Shown: positions 20,279-29,610 of the stretch, one piece after another | How positions within the stretch are numbered: position 1 is the first letter of the stretch | How the letters are laid out: each line of letters begins with the position of its first letter | Translations under genes and position numbers: made by a program | The notes under the pieces: generated by a model | What the model saw: only the letters and a program-made list of their open reading frames with translations | Told to the model about the DNA's origin: nothing | Databases searched by the model: none | Assembly: GCA_964354795.1 (NCBI GenBank) | Contig: CAYHBB010000003.1 | Span: 5,887-69,886 of the forward strand | Reading direction: 5' to 3' | Length of the DNA stretch: 64,000 nt | Source: an uncultured Planctomycetales bacterium | GTDB lineage: Bacteria; Omnitrophota; Gorgyraeia; Gygaellales; Profunditerraquicolaceae

Positions 20279-20889
20279 TATTTTCGCATAGAGGTATAAG
20301 TTTCGGCAGTAAGGAAAACTCACTTGGCAACTTTAAGAATGCAATTAAAGAAGGGTTTTCTATTGAAGCGGACTTAAGGATAAAAGGTGCAAGGGTTATT
20401 CTTTCGCATAATGAGAGAGGGGAGAATATATTTGAATTTGAAGGTTTGATAGAGTTGGCATTGGAGTATCCGGATTTACTGTTTGCTCTTCATCTAAAGG
20501 AGGATTCAGAAGTATTAATAAATAGAGCCAGCCAAGCCATTAACGGAAAAAAGAATTGTTTTCTTTTTTGTACAGATTTCCCGCAGGAATCTTTTATTAG
20601 AAAGTTTTACAAAGAAATTGCTAAGGATAATTTAGCTTTGTATATTACAGAAAGAGAAATATGCCCTGATCTAGTTAATAAAGTGGATTATTTATGGCTG
20701 GATGAGACAAAGCAGGAGATTTATAGAGATTTAAGTCATTTTAAGAAGTTTAACAAAAAAATTATCTGCTGCTCGCCGGAATTATCTCTAAGATGTATTA
20801 ATGATAAAAAAAATGCTTCTTTCGAAAAAGTAGTTAAGGATCAGGGTCTTTTTGGTATCTGCACAGATTTTCCTGGAAAATTTAGATAA
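20272..20889 (+). CDS. glycerophosphodiester phosphodiesterase (GDPD) family protein
   Basis: IFSHRG...ENSLGNFKNAIKEGFSIEADLRIKG...ILSHNE follows the GDPD HRG...EN...E.D...HD pattern. Confidence 0.6.
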   Translation: MVIFSHRGISFGSKENSLGNFKNAIKEGFSIEADLRIKGARVILSHNERGENIFEFEGLIELALEYPDLLFALHLKEDSEVLINRASQAINGKKNCFLFCTDFPQESFIRKFYKEIAKDNLALYITEREICPDLVNKVDYLWLDETKQEIYRDLSHFKKFNKKIICCSPELSLRCINDKKNASFEKVVKDQGLFGICTDFPGKFR

Positions 20890-20932
20890 AAGTATGTGCC
20901 AAGGCAAATGAAGCCATAACTACCTAAAAAAT

Positions 20933-22600
20933 ATGGCCATGGATATCGAATTTAAGAAAACTATAGTTTATATCACTTTGATTATCTTGTGTATAGCAAT
21001 ACTTAGGCTTCCGACTATTTTTTGCCCTTTTTATAATGTGGATGAGGGCGTAAGCGCTGTGATTGGCAATACCATACTGGATGGTGGCATTGTGTATCGG
21101 GATGCCATTGATCATCGAGGCCCGATCACCTACTTTATTTATGCTTTAATTTTTTCGCTTTTCGGTAGAAATAATATGGTGGCAGTTCATTTTTCGTTGA
21201 TTTTATTAATTTTGCTTATTTCCATTATTTTGTTTCTTATAAGTAGTTTGGCTTGGAATAGAAGGGCCGGTTACTTTGCCGCTTTATTTTTTGGGATATT
21301 TTCATATGCTTACTCTTCTAAAGATATGTGGGCTTTCCATACAGAATGGTGCGCTGTACTTTTTAGTACAATAGGAGCCTATTTTTTCATAAGATTCATT
21401 TTTAAGAGCAAAACATATTTTCTTTTTCTAAGTGGAGTTTTTTTTGGGTTATCCTTTTTTTCTAAGCAAACAGCTTTACTTGATTATTTAATTACATTAT
21501 TATTTTGTGGTATTTTCGTTTATTTTAAGCGAAAAAGTATAGACACTTTAATCAAGCCCCTTGTTTTAATGACAGGAGGGTTTTTTATAATAACTATAAT
21601 ATTTGTCTATTATTTTTATATTAATAATGCTTTAAATGATTTTTGGTTTTATTTTTGGCAATACAATACTAAATACTATTTACCGGCAGTTCCTGTTTTA
21701 TTGAGAATAAAATTAGCTTTTGGTTATTTGTTGAATGCGCAATCTTTTTTAGGACGAAATTATCTATTATTGGTTTTTTTTGTTTGCGCTAGTTTTATAG
21801 CGGTCCGTAATTTTTTAAATAACTATAAACGACTTAATAGAGAATTGGTTATTAGTTTCTATCTTATTTGTTGGGCTATTTTTTCTTATATTGGTGCGGT
21901 TTTTACTGGAAGGAACTTCGGTCATTACTTTATTATGACTCTTCCTTCATTATGTCTTCTGAGTGGGAAAACGATAGAGGATATAAATATTTTTATAAGT
22001 TCTTATGCAAAGTCTGGCGATTATAAGAATAAGGCTGAAGCATTTAAAAAATACATTATTAAGATATTTCTAATGATTTTTTTAATAGTTGGTATTCTTT
22101 ATTCGCTGCGCCCTGTTTATTGGATGAGGAGTTTTAAGAAATTAATTTCTGATAAAAACGAAGAAAGAAGATTTTTATTAGAGAAGGATTTAGTTATGCT
22201 CACCGAGTACATAATAAAGAATAGCAGTGAACATGATAAAATATTAATATGGGGGTTTTATCCACAAATTTATATTTTAGCTAAGCGTATGCCTGCTACT
22301 CGGTATACATATTCCAATTTCTTGACTGGCATGATAACCCGTTCAAATGCACAGCCATTTATAGATACTCCTGAAACTATCGTTCCTGGAACTTGGAAGA
22401 TATTCATTGATGAGTTAGGAAGAAATAAGCCAATTTATATTGTTGACACTAGCGTTGGAAACCACTACGGGTATGGTATTTATCCACCTGATAAATTCTC
22501 AGATTTAAATAACTTCTTAAAAGAAAATTATATTATAGAGAAGGAATTTTTTAACGAAGAAGGAGCTATTTCTTTTAGGCTTTTTAAAAGAAATAAATAG
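20933..22600 (+). CDS. polytopic membrane glycosyltransferase, GT-C superfamily
   Basis: FYNVDEGVSAVIG DE motif after TM1; more than 10 TM helices. Confidence 0.5.
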   Translation: MAMDIEFKKTIVYITLIILCIAILRLPTIFCPFYNVDEGVSAVIGNTILDGGIVYRDAIDHRGPITYFIYALIFSLFGRNNMVAVHFSLILLILLISIILFLISSLAWNRRAGYFAALFFGIFSYAYSSKDMWAFHTEWCAVLFSTIGAYFFIRFIFKSKTYFLFLSGVFFGLSFFSKQTALLDYLITLLFCGIFVYFKRKSIDTLIKPLVLMTGGFFIITIIFVYYFYINNALNDFWFYFWQYNTKYYLPAVPVLLRIKLAFGYLLNAQSFLGRNYLLLVFFVCASFIAVRNFLNNYKRLNRELVISFYLICWAIFSYIGAVFTGRNFGHYFIMTLPSLCLLSGKTIEDINIFISSYAKSGDYKNKAEAFKKYIIKIFLMIFLIVGILYSLRPVYWMRSFKKLISDKNEERRFLLEKDLVMLTEYIIKNSSEHDKILIWGFYPQIYILAKRMPATRYTYSNFLTGMITRSNAQPFIDTPETIVPGTWKIFIDELGRNKPIYIVDTSVGNHYGYGIYPPDKFSDLNNFLKENYIIEKEFFNEEGAISFRLFKRNK

Positions 22601-22686
22601 TCTGATCCGTGTAAAAAAAAGGGGGGGAGGAGGAGTTTTTCTTTATTGCCTGATTTAGATAGCGTATTTAAGGATGTTGGCACGAA

Positions 22687-24000
22687 CTAATGACCATTAA
22701 GTAATAATGAGTTTTGGTTGATAAACTTTTGTATATTTAAAATAACCCCATCCATATTAATATAATCCCAATTACCGCTTCTGCCTAACAAATACAAATT
22801 ATGTTCTTTTAATATATTACGTATATTATCCCTGACTTCTTCCATGCCAACGGTTGGAATCGGATAGGTGTATTCTTTTAATTTTATTTCAGTTTTCTCA
22901 ATCTCATTCTCAGATTTGATTATCCCCTTTCTAATAAGATCTCTTATAACTCGGGATACTATCTCTTCAACACTAGTATTAATAATATAGTCTTTTTGGG
23001 TTATCTCTGCTACGAGTACAGGCAAGAATTCGTGGCTAAAATTATGCATAAGAGTAACACGATAGAAAACCTCATCTTCTTTAAAGAATACCCAATGACA
23101 ATTATTAATTAATTGAAATGTTGCCCCTTTTTTAAGCCCTATCATTACAAAGAAAGTATTATTCCACTTTAATACATTATATTCTTTTTTCACGCCATTT
23201 ATGTTTATTTTTGTGAGAAGTTCCGGCAATGGAATTGTCGAGATTACAATGTCAGCCTCTTCTTTTAAGTCGTCTTTCGTAATAATAGTCCATTTATTGT
23301 TATGTTTGATCAACTTTTTTACACAGGAATCCAATATTATATTATTACCTATATCTTTTGCGGTATAATCTATTAATTTCTGTATGCCTTGTTTCGGGTA
23401 TATAAATTTTGATTGATATTCTCTTCCAGCAACTTTCTTACCAAGGATAGAAGCTATGAAATTAATGATTGATACCGGTTCAACCCTTGAATTAACCAAT
23501 GATTCTGATATTTCAGACAGATCACAATTCCAGATCTTGGAATTATAAGGAATCATAAAATTTCTAGCGATGCCTTCTCCAAGTCGATTATCTATCCAGT
23601 TTTTCAGATTAGAACTTTTTTCTTTGCGTCTTTTCTGAGCAGTTAAATATCCTTTGATGCACTCCAATTTATCACTTAGAGGTAGATTCTTGATTCCGAT
23701 TTCAAACGGGTATTCGATTATATATCTTCTTCCATCACTACCGCTGTGGAATATTTTAGCATTTCTGTTTAAATGTTCGTAATCAAGCGGTAGAGAAAGA
23801 AAATAATTTGTTACCTCGCTGTTTTTGCTACATATAGCGTGAACTGCAAAATCCCAATAGTAGTCACCTGTTTTATTGGTTTGACATAGGCCGCCTATTT
23901 TGCACTCCTTCTCAAAAATAATAAACTTATTTCCTAATTCTTTGAGATGTCTTCCTAGCTCTATACCCGTAAGACCTGCGCCTAATATTGCTATTTTCAT
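22687..24000 (-). CDS. FAD-dependent oxidoreductase, UDP-galactopyranose mutase / amine-oxidase-like
   Basis: MKIAILGAGLTGIELG...IIFEKECKIGGLC dinucleotide-binding fold followed by a GG...H..... segment resembling UGM. Confidence 0.5.
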   Translation of the reverse strand: MKIAILGAGLTGIELGRHLKELGNKFIIFEKECKIGGLCQTNKTGDYYWDFAVHAICSKNSEVTNYFLSLPLDYEHLNRNAKIFHSGSDGRRYIIEYPFEIGIKNLPLSDKLECIKGYLTAQKRRKEKSSNLKNWIDNRLGEGIARNFMIPYNSKIWNCDLSEISESLVNSRVEPVSIINFIASILGKKVAGREYQSKFIYPKQGIQKLIDYTAKDIGNNIILDSCVKKLIKHNNKWTIITKDDLKEEADIVISTIPLPELLTKININGVKKEYNVLKWNNTFFVMIGLKKGATFQLINNCHWVFFKEDEVFYRVTLMHNFSHEFLPVLVAEITQKDYIINTSVEEIVSRVIRDLIRKGIIKSENEIEKTEIKLKEYTYPIPTVGMEEVRDNIRNILKEHNLYLLGRSGNWDYINMDGVILNIQKFINQNSLLLNGH

Positions 24001-24728
24001 ATTTTTCGATAAGTGAGTTTTATTTTAATGATATCATTTAATAATTCAAAGATTATGGAAGGTAATTTGGTGGGCCTGAATATTCCGGTTGTGCCATATT
24101 TACGCGGGTAATGCGTAATTGGGATTTCTTTGATCTTATATCCCTTAAGGTGGGCTTTCAAAATAAATTCCGACATTACGCAATATTTAAAGTTTAAGCC
24201 ATCTTGTAAAATATCTTCTATTACCTTTCGCTTTATTATTTTGAATCCGGAATCGGCATCTTTCATTTTTAACCGAAATAATATAAAAAGCAGGAAATTG
24301 TACATTTTTGAAATAATTACTCTATACGTAGGATCATACCTGGACATTTTGTACCCGCTTACTATGTCATTTTTGTCTATTTCCTTTAATAATTTAAATA
24401 TATCCGCAGGATCATGTTGTCCGTCTGAGTCACTAAATAATATCAACTCCGTTTTAGGTATTCCTAAAGCATCTATGAAAGCGGTTGTATACCCTTTTCT
24501 TTCTTTGCTACTTATCAAATCAAAAGGTATCTCTTCATTGAGCTTATGCAGTATTTCTTTTGTCCCGTCTACGCTTCCATCTTCAGCTACTATGAATTTG
24601 GTGCCCGGTATTTTTTTTATCACCTTCCCATATATGTCTCGTATGACCGTCTCAATGATCCGTGCTTCATTATAAACAGGAATCACTAAAGTAAGACTGA
24701 TGTTTGTATTTTTTACATTTTTATTCAT
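23997..24728 (-). CDS. GT2 polyprenol-phosphate glycosyltransferase (DPM1/GtrB-like, soluble form)
   Basis: LVIPVYNEARII...VAEDGSVDGT, DSDGQHDP, C-terminal RKYGTTG; overlaps the upstream gene by 4 nt. Confidence 0.7.
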   Translation of the reverse strand: MNKNVKNTNISLTLVIPVYNEARIIETVIRDIYGKVIKKIPGTKFIVAEDGSVDGTKEILHKLNEEIPFDLISSKERKGYTTAFIDALGIPKTELILFSDSDGQHDPADIFKLLKEIDKNDIVSGYKMSRYDPTYRVIISKMYNFLLFILFRLKMKDADSGFKIIKRKVIEDILQDGLNFKYCVMSEFILKAHLKGYKIKEIPITHYPRKYGTTGIFRPTKLPSIIFELLNDIIKIKLTYRKI

Positions 24729-24927
24729 TTTTAATTGAACTTATATTCATTATGATGCAACTCTTGTCTGGGCCTGCCGTTTAAAGCTATACACCTAAAC
24801 TTTTCAAGTGATTCTACCACATGCAAGCCTATTAGGGAAGCAATCGCTTTCAGCATAAGACATTTCGATTTAAAATATGGCTTATGGGGATCTTCCCATG
24901 ACTAATAGGGAGCATTACAAAAAGGTA

Positions 24928-24955
24928 TTGATATAGTTTTTTTTAGTGGTAAAAT
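24928..24955 (+). promoter_or_regulatory. sigma70-like promoter TTGATA-N16-TGgTAAAAT (extended -10) upstream of 25021
   Basis: hexamers read directly; 65 nt upstream of the ATG; AAGGAGGAAAAG RBS before the start codon. Confidence 0.35.
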
Positions 24956-25020
24956 AAAGAAAAGATGTAAACAATCTGTTTTTGTGGTGCTGGAAGCAGT
25001 GGTGAAAAAAGGAGGAAAAG

Positions 25021-25743
25021 ATGGAGAAGAAAAAGTTAAGCGTTTTAGTATTAGTAATATGCATGTGTTTCTCAGTCTCCGCTTCTGCTGAGACCATTGT
25101 GCTCAAGTCAGGACAAACCGTAGAAGGTAAAATTTTAGAAAAAACAGATAAATATATAAAGATGGATTGTAAAGGAGAGACACTGTATTATTTCTTTTCT
25201 GAGGTAAAAAGCATCGATGGTAAGCCAGTTAATATTTCAAAGGAATCCGTTGTGCCTGATATTTCGAATGCAGAATCTGCGAAGTCATCCAACAGAGTTG
25301 ATAATGTGGATATTACTGCCGAATCTACTGTCGAAGATATGTTAATGAAAGCCGATTACTGTTATTCTATTAAAGATTTTGATAAAGCTATTAAATTATG
25401 CGAAGCAGCTCTCAAGAAAACTGATGACAAAAACCTTATTACAAAGATTAACCTTAGTTTAAGCTCTAATTATCTGGAAAAGGGGAGAGAAGCTTATAAA
25501 ATAAATAAAGACGACAGTTTCTATAAATTATCAATTCAGTCCGCTAAAAAATACTTAGAAGCGGATCCATATAGTTGTCTTGCTTTGAGTAATATTGGTT
25601 TTGCCTATTTCGAGATGCAAGATTGGAAACAGGCTGTCTTTTATTTTACGGAAGTAGAAAATTACGTTGACAAGAGTGATCCTAGTAATGCAGCAATAGA
25701 GACTGCCCGTAGTACCGCAGAAGAAAATATGCGGGCACAGTAA
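25021..25743 (+). CDS. secreted/lipoprotein-like protein with TPR-like helical repeats
   Basis: N-terminal signal peptide (LSVLVLVICMCFSVSASA); the C-terminal half has TPR-like A/Y/F periodicity. Confidence 0.45.
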   Translation: MEKKKLSVLVLVICMCFSVSASAETIVLKSGQTVEGKILEKTDKYIKMDCKGETLYYFFSEVKSIDGKPVNISKESVVPDISNAESAKSSNRVDNVDITAESTVEDMLMKADYCYSIKDFDKAIKLCEAALKKTDDKNLITKINLSLSSNYLEKGREAYKINKDDSFYKLSIQSAKKYLEADPYSCLALSNIGFAYFEMQDWKQAVFYFTEVENYVDKSDPSNAAIETARSTAEENMRAQ

Positions 25744-25979
25744 TAAAGAAACAGTTTAAGTGATTTTTGGTGGTGTAAACCAAAGCACGTTTTTTGAGTG
25801 GACGCGTTGCGTGTTTATCCCGCATTATAAATTTCCTAACGTAATTTGAAGTTCTGGTGTGTTTTGTTGTTAATCTTCTTTTCAAGCCTTCCTGTAATTT
25901 ACCTTGTGAATGAAATTTTCCCTCGTGACATAGTAGAAGGGCCCAATAATTTCTAATTGCGATAAAGCATGAGTGGACG

Positions 25980-27002
25980 ATGATGAGATTAATGAAAATT
26001 ATATTTATAGAGATAGTTGTAATTTTTATTCTGGCTGAGATAGTTTTCAGGCTGACATTCCCAAACTACCCCGTTTATGAAAGAACGCAGCCTGGCGAAT
26101 ATAGCAATTACGCCTCGGTATATTTTGAACCTGAAGAGGACCTCGGTTGGGTTTTGAAAAAAAATAAAACTTTATATGGTCTAGATGGAATTTATTATAA
26201 AGCGAATAAACAAGGATTCCGCAATAATAAGGATTTTGTTTTGGATAATCTGAGCTTAAACAAAAAACGCATAATGCTTTTAGGCGATTCTTTTCAATTT
26301 GGCTATTTTATTAATGAAGATCAAACATGTGCAAGGTTGCTTGAGAAAAAACTTGGAGAAAAATATCAGATATTTAATCTAGGAATGGTGGGCTATGGCA
26401 TTGATCAGATGTATTGGGCATATAAGAAATATGAACCTGTAATAAATCCGGATATAATCGTATTGGCATTTATAGATGAAGATATTGTTCGGGTTTTTGA
26501 AGCCTTTCGCAGCAATGAAAATATGGACAAGCCCAGTTTTACGATTAAAGATAATAAGCTTGCGTTAAGGAATCTTAGCGACCCCGTTATTTTCAGAAAC
26601 ATAATTAAAAGCAGTCGTATAATTAATTGGTTTTATATGCAATTCTATAGATGGCATTATTGCAAAATGATCACTGATCTAATTTTCTCAGATATGGTAA
26701 AATCAGCTCAGAATGATAAAAAGGAATTAATTATTATAAGATGCCCTATGCTAGCCACGTTTGGTAAAAAATCCATTGCAAAACTAAATGAGTTTTTAAA
26801 GAATAGATATCTTAACTATAAAAGTATTATTAAAGGCGAGGAAGTGGTCTATTTAGATCTTTATGATAAAATAGCGGTATTGACTGAAAATCAACGAGAA
26901 GAGCTATATCTCAAGGATGATGTTGTGTACCATCACCCTTCTGGAAAAGGAAACGATTTTATTTCTGATTGTATTTATCAAATAATTTCTAGTAAGAAAT
27001 GA
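25980..27002 (+). CDS. membrane-anchored SGNH/GDSL-type hydrolase (candidate polysaccharide esterase or O-acyltransferase helper)
   Basis: N-terminal TM helix; MLLGDSFQFGY is a GDS(L/F) block I motif. Confidence 0.45.
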   Translation: MMRLMKIIFIEIVVIFILAEIVFRLTFPNYPVYERTQPGEYSNYASVYFEPEEDLGWVLKKNKTLYGLDGIYYKANKQGFRNNKDFVLDNLSLNKKRIMLLGDSFQFGYFINEDQTCARLLEKKLGEKYQIFNLGMVGYGIDQMYWAYKKYEPVINPDIIVLAFIDEDIVRVFEAFRSNENMDKPSFTIKDNKLALRNLSDPVIFRNIIKSSRIINWFYMQFYRWHYCKMITDLIFSDMVKSAQNDKKELIIIRCPMLATFGKKSIAKLNEFLKNRYLNYKSIIKGEEVVYLDLYDKIAVLTENQREELYLKDDVVYHHPSGKGNDFISDCIYQIISSKK

Positions 27003-27081
27003 GTGGCACGCAAGATATAATCTCCGAGGAATTATCCCTCCAAATTTACAACATTCTTGATATATTAAACAGTACAACTTA

Positions 27082-27109
27082 TTGACATTAAAGGTGTTAG
27101 CTTTATAAT
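27082..27109 (+). promoter_or_regulatory. near-consensus sigma70 promoter TTGACA-N16-TATAAT
   Basis: TTGACA at 27082-27087 and TATAAT at 27104-27109, about 70 nt upstream of the ATG at 27182. Confidence 0.5.
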
Positions 27110-27181
27110 GGATTTAGCGACGAGAGTTAGCCAAATAAGCTCGGCAGGCTTCTTGATCTTTAGTGTTTGGGGCGTCAATTT

Positions 27182-27763
27182 ATGAAAAACAAGAAATCTA
27201 TTGGAATTGTTATTGTTGGGTGGATTTTTGTAATATATGGTTTCTTGGGCCTTATAGGAAGCATTCTTTTTAGTCAATCATTCTGGAAGAATTATCTATG
27301 GATTAAGTTCGCTAATTTATCATTCAGAATTTATCCTGCTCACATAAATTCTGAATGGGAAAAGTATTTTAAAATACTTTTTGATAAACTTTTTTCAGAG
27401 CATCCCGCACTATTGATTTCTTATTTTTTCCTTATCCCGGGTTTATTTTTTATTATTTTTCTAGGAGGCATAGGCATTATAAGGTTAGGAAAGAAATGGA
27501 GGATGGTCACCATAAGTACTTTTATTGTTTTGATGTTCACAAAATTTGTTTTTGAAATATACCTAAAGTCGTATATCTTTATGGCGCTTATAGTGGGCAG
27601 GCTCGTTGATCCAAGTAACAAAGAAGTTGTTTCCGAGACCGAAGAGGCAATTTTAATGCTTCCGAGAATTATAGTTCAAGATCTATTGATCAAGATTTTA
27701 CTGATTAGTATAGTTATGTTTTATTTAACTCGTCCTAAAATAAAGGAGCAATTTTATCGCTAG
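27182..27763 (+). CDS. small integral membrane protein, function unknown
   Basis: 4-5 hydrophobic helices; the ATG at 27182 is preferred over the upstream alternative start in the ORF track. Confidence 0.4.
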   Translation: MKNKKSIGIVIVGWIFVIYGFLGLIGSILFSQSFWKNYLWIKFANLSFRIYPAHINSEWEKYFKILFDKLFSEHPALLISYFFLIPGLFFIIFLGGIGIIRLGKKWRMVTISTFIVLMFTKFVFEIYLKSYIFMALIVGRLVDPSNKEVVSETEEAILMLPRIIVQDLLIKILLISIVMFYLTRPKIKEQFYR

Positions 27764-27818
27764 GCTAACAGAATGTGGTAATAAGTGCGAGAGCATTTTA
27801 CATACTTGCCAAGAATAT

Positions 27819-28688
27819 ATGGTGAGTTTGCCTGACTGTAAGAATATATCAAGGATCATGGGTAGGGAATCATTGGTCCATGGCGGAATAAATTTTACAG
27901 ATTTACATGTGGCGGCCGCGGTTTTGGGTCCGGATAAATTGAATTTAATTGGTAGCGGCGATAGCATGAGGCCAATTTTAGTGAGCCGAGAAAGGCTTTG
28001 TATTGAGAGAAAAACTGATTTTCGAGAGCAAGACATAGTGTTATTTATACGAAACAGAAGATTAATAGCCCACCGTGTTCTTAGCATTAAAAAACAGGAA
28101 AACCTTTTGATTACTCAGGGGGATAATTGTGCTGAGTCAGAAAGTGTGAGTTTTAATGATGTCATAGGAGTTGTTGCTAGGTATCCAATACAGGGAAGAG
28201 GCATTGTCTGGATGCAGCTGAAAGAAATGGCCTTAAGATATTGCCGACATATTCTTGAGAATGTAAAGATAAAGGCTATTTTACGGCTTCTTAAAAGTTC
28301 TCCACTTTTTCGGTATTATGTTTGTGTATATGAGAACGCTTTTTCTTTACAAGGGAGCGTTAATTTATCTGTTGAAAAACCAAAGAATAAATATATGGTT
28401 TCCGGTTATTTTCTCACAAAAAATATCGCTAATGGTGAATTAATAAAGATGCCAGATTATTGCGAATTTAGTGGATGGTGGCTCAATAATCTATTTATTT
28501 ATCCGCTTTTTCGAGATACGGGCGTAGAAGAGAAATTATTGTTAAAACTTATAGATATAGCTCAAAAGCTGGGGATAGATAGTATTCGATTCATTCCTCC
28601 TCACAACAATGTTCTTGCTTATCTGAGAAAGCTAGTTCTGGTAAGAGAATGTCAAAAGTGGCATGAAATTATACTTTTAACAACCTAG
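27819..28688 (+). CDS. fusion of an S24/S26 (signal-peptidase/LexA-like) Ser-Lys peptidase domain with a C-terminal GNAT-like acyltransferase domain
   Basis: GSGDSMRPIL (box B Ser), QDIVLF, IAHRVLSIKK (general-base Lys region), GDNCAESESVSF...VIGVV (box E); C-terminal FRDTGVEEKLLLKLIDIAQKLGIDSI GNAT motif A-like. Confidence 0.45.
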   Translation: MVSLPDCKNISRIMGRESLVHGGINFTDLHVAAAVLGPDKLNLIGSGDSMRPILVSRERLCIERKTDFREQDIVLFIRNRRLIAHRVLSIKKQENLLITQGDNCAESESVSFNDVIGVVARYPIQGRGIVWMQLKEMALRYCRHILENVKIKAILRLLKSSPLFRYYVCVYENAFSLQGSVNLSVEKPKNKYMVSGYFLTKNIANGELIKMPDYCEFSGWWLNNLFIYPLFRDTGVEEKLLLKLIDIAQKLGIDSIRFIPPHNNVLAYLRKLVLVRECQKWHEIILLTT

Positions 28689-28695
28689 GTTTAAT

Positions 28696-29604
28696 ATGAG
28701 AATTATAAATAAAGTTAGGATTGTTGATAGTGCTTTTGAGTTATGTTCTTGGCTTAGAAATGACCGATTCGTTACTTTTAATAAAAAGAACTATAAACTG
28801 TTTGCTACTAAAGAAGAACCTAACGTAATCGTTAGGTTATTGCCTAAGAAGTTTACCATTGATAATAAAGCTAAGCTTGTATATCAAGCGACTATGCATG
28901 ATCGCGATGCTTTAGATTCGGCTATAGGGCATAATTATTCACAAATCTCAAAATTTGAGGCGCCAGATATGGTTGTGTATAGGTATCTGGCTAGAAGGTT
29001 AGGGATTTCAAATCTTTATATTGTATACCATAAGAAGAAAGATAATCTTATAGATATTTTTGTTGAAAATGAAAAGCTCACTATTTGTCATCCCCTTGAC
29101 CTTGTGGTTAAGAGGTGGTTATATAGTGATTTTATAAGAAGAAATAATGGCTTAATCATGCACGGGAGCGCGGTATCGCTTGGTAATAAGGGGATAATAT
29201 TTGTCGGTGACTCTGGTTGTGGAAAAACTACGCTTGCCCAATTATTTAAAGCTAGTAATGAAACTGTAATTAATGACGACATGCTTGCCTTGAAGCTTAA
29301 GGGGCACCACGTCTACGCGTATTCTTTGCCATGGGTAAAAAATACGGAGTATGTCAATAACGCAGCGCTTAAGCTGCACTATATTATTTTCCCGCATTTC
29401 AGTAGTAAGGAAAGATTGAAGGATGTCGAACCGGGTACAAAGTTTAAGAGCCTGCTCAGGAATATTTATCTTGAGCAGGAGAGTGCAAACTATTTCGTAA
29501 AATCCGTAGACATATTAATTACTATTAGCAGTATTTTGAAGCAGGTAAATTTATACTTTTCAAAGTCGAAAAGGACATACAAGTTTTTGAATAATAACCT
29601 ATAA
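28696..29604 (+). CDS. HPr kinase/phosphorylase C-terminal-domain-like protein (HprK-related P-loop kinase)
   Basis: HGSAVSLGNKGIIFVGDSGCGKTTLA matches the HprK_C core HG..v...g.GvLi.G.SG.GKS..A. Confidence 0.55.
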   Translation: MRIINKVRIVDSAFELCSWLRNDRFVTFNKKNYKLFATKEEPNVIVRLLPKKFTIDNKAKLVYQATMHDRDALDSAIGHNYSQISKFEAPDMVVYRYLARRLGISNLYIVYHKKKDNLIDIFVENEKLTICHPLDLVVKRWLYSDFIRRNNGLIMHGSAVSLGNKGIIFVGDSGCGKTTLAQLFKASNETVINDDMLALKLKGHHVYAYSLPWVKNTEYVNNAALKLHYIIFPHFSSKERLKDVEPGTKFKSLLRNIYLEQESANYFVKSVDILITISSILKQVNLYFSKSKRTYKFLNNNL

Positions 29605-29610
29605 GAAATT

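Noticed and set aside
22613-22650. A8-G7-AGGAGGAG-T5 tract between convergent genes, considered as a bidirectional terminator or G-quadruplex
   Set aside because: There is no complementary arm to form a hairpin because G-runs cannot pair with each other. A two-tetrad G4 is conceivable but weak. It is more likely a homopolymer-rich spacer. It is noted as a potential slipped-strand site only.
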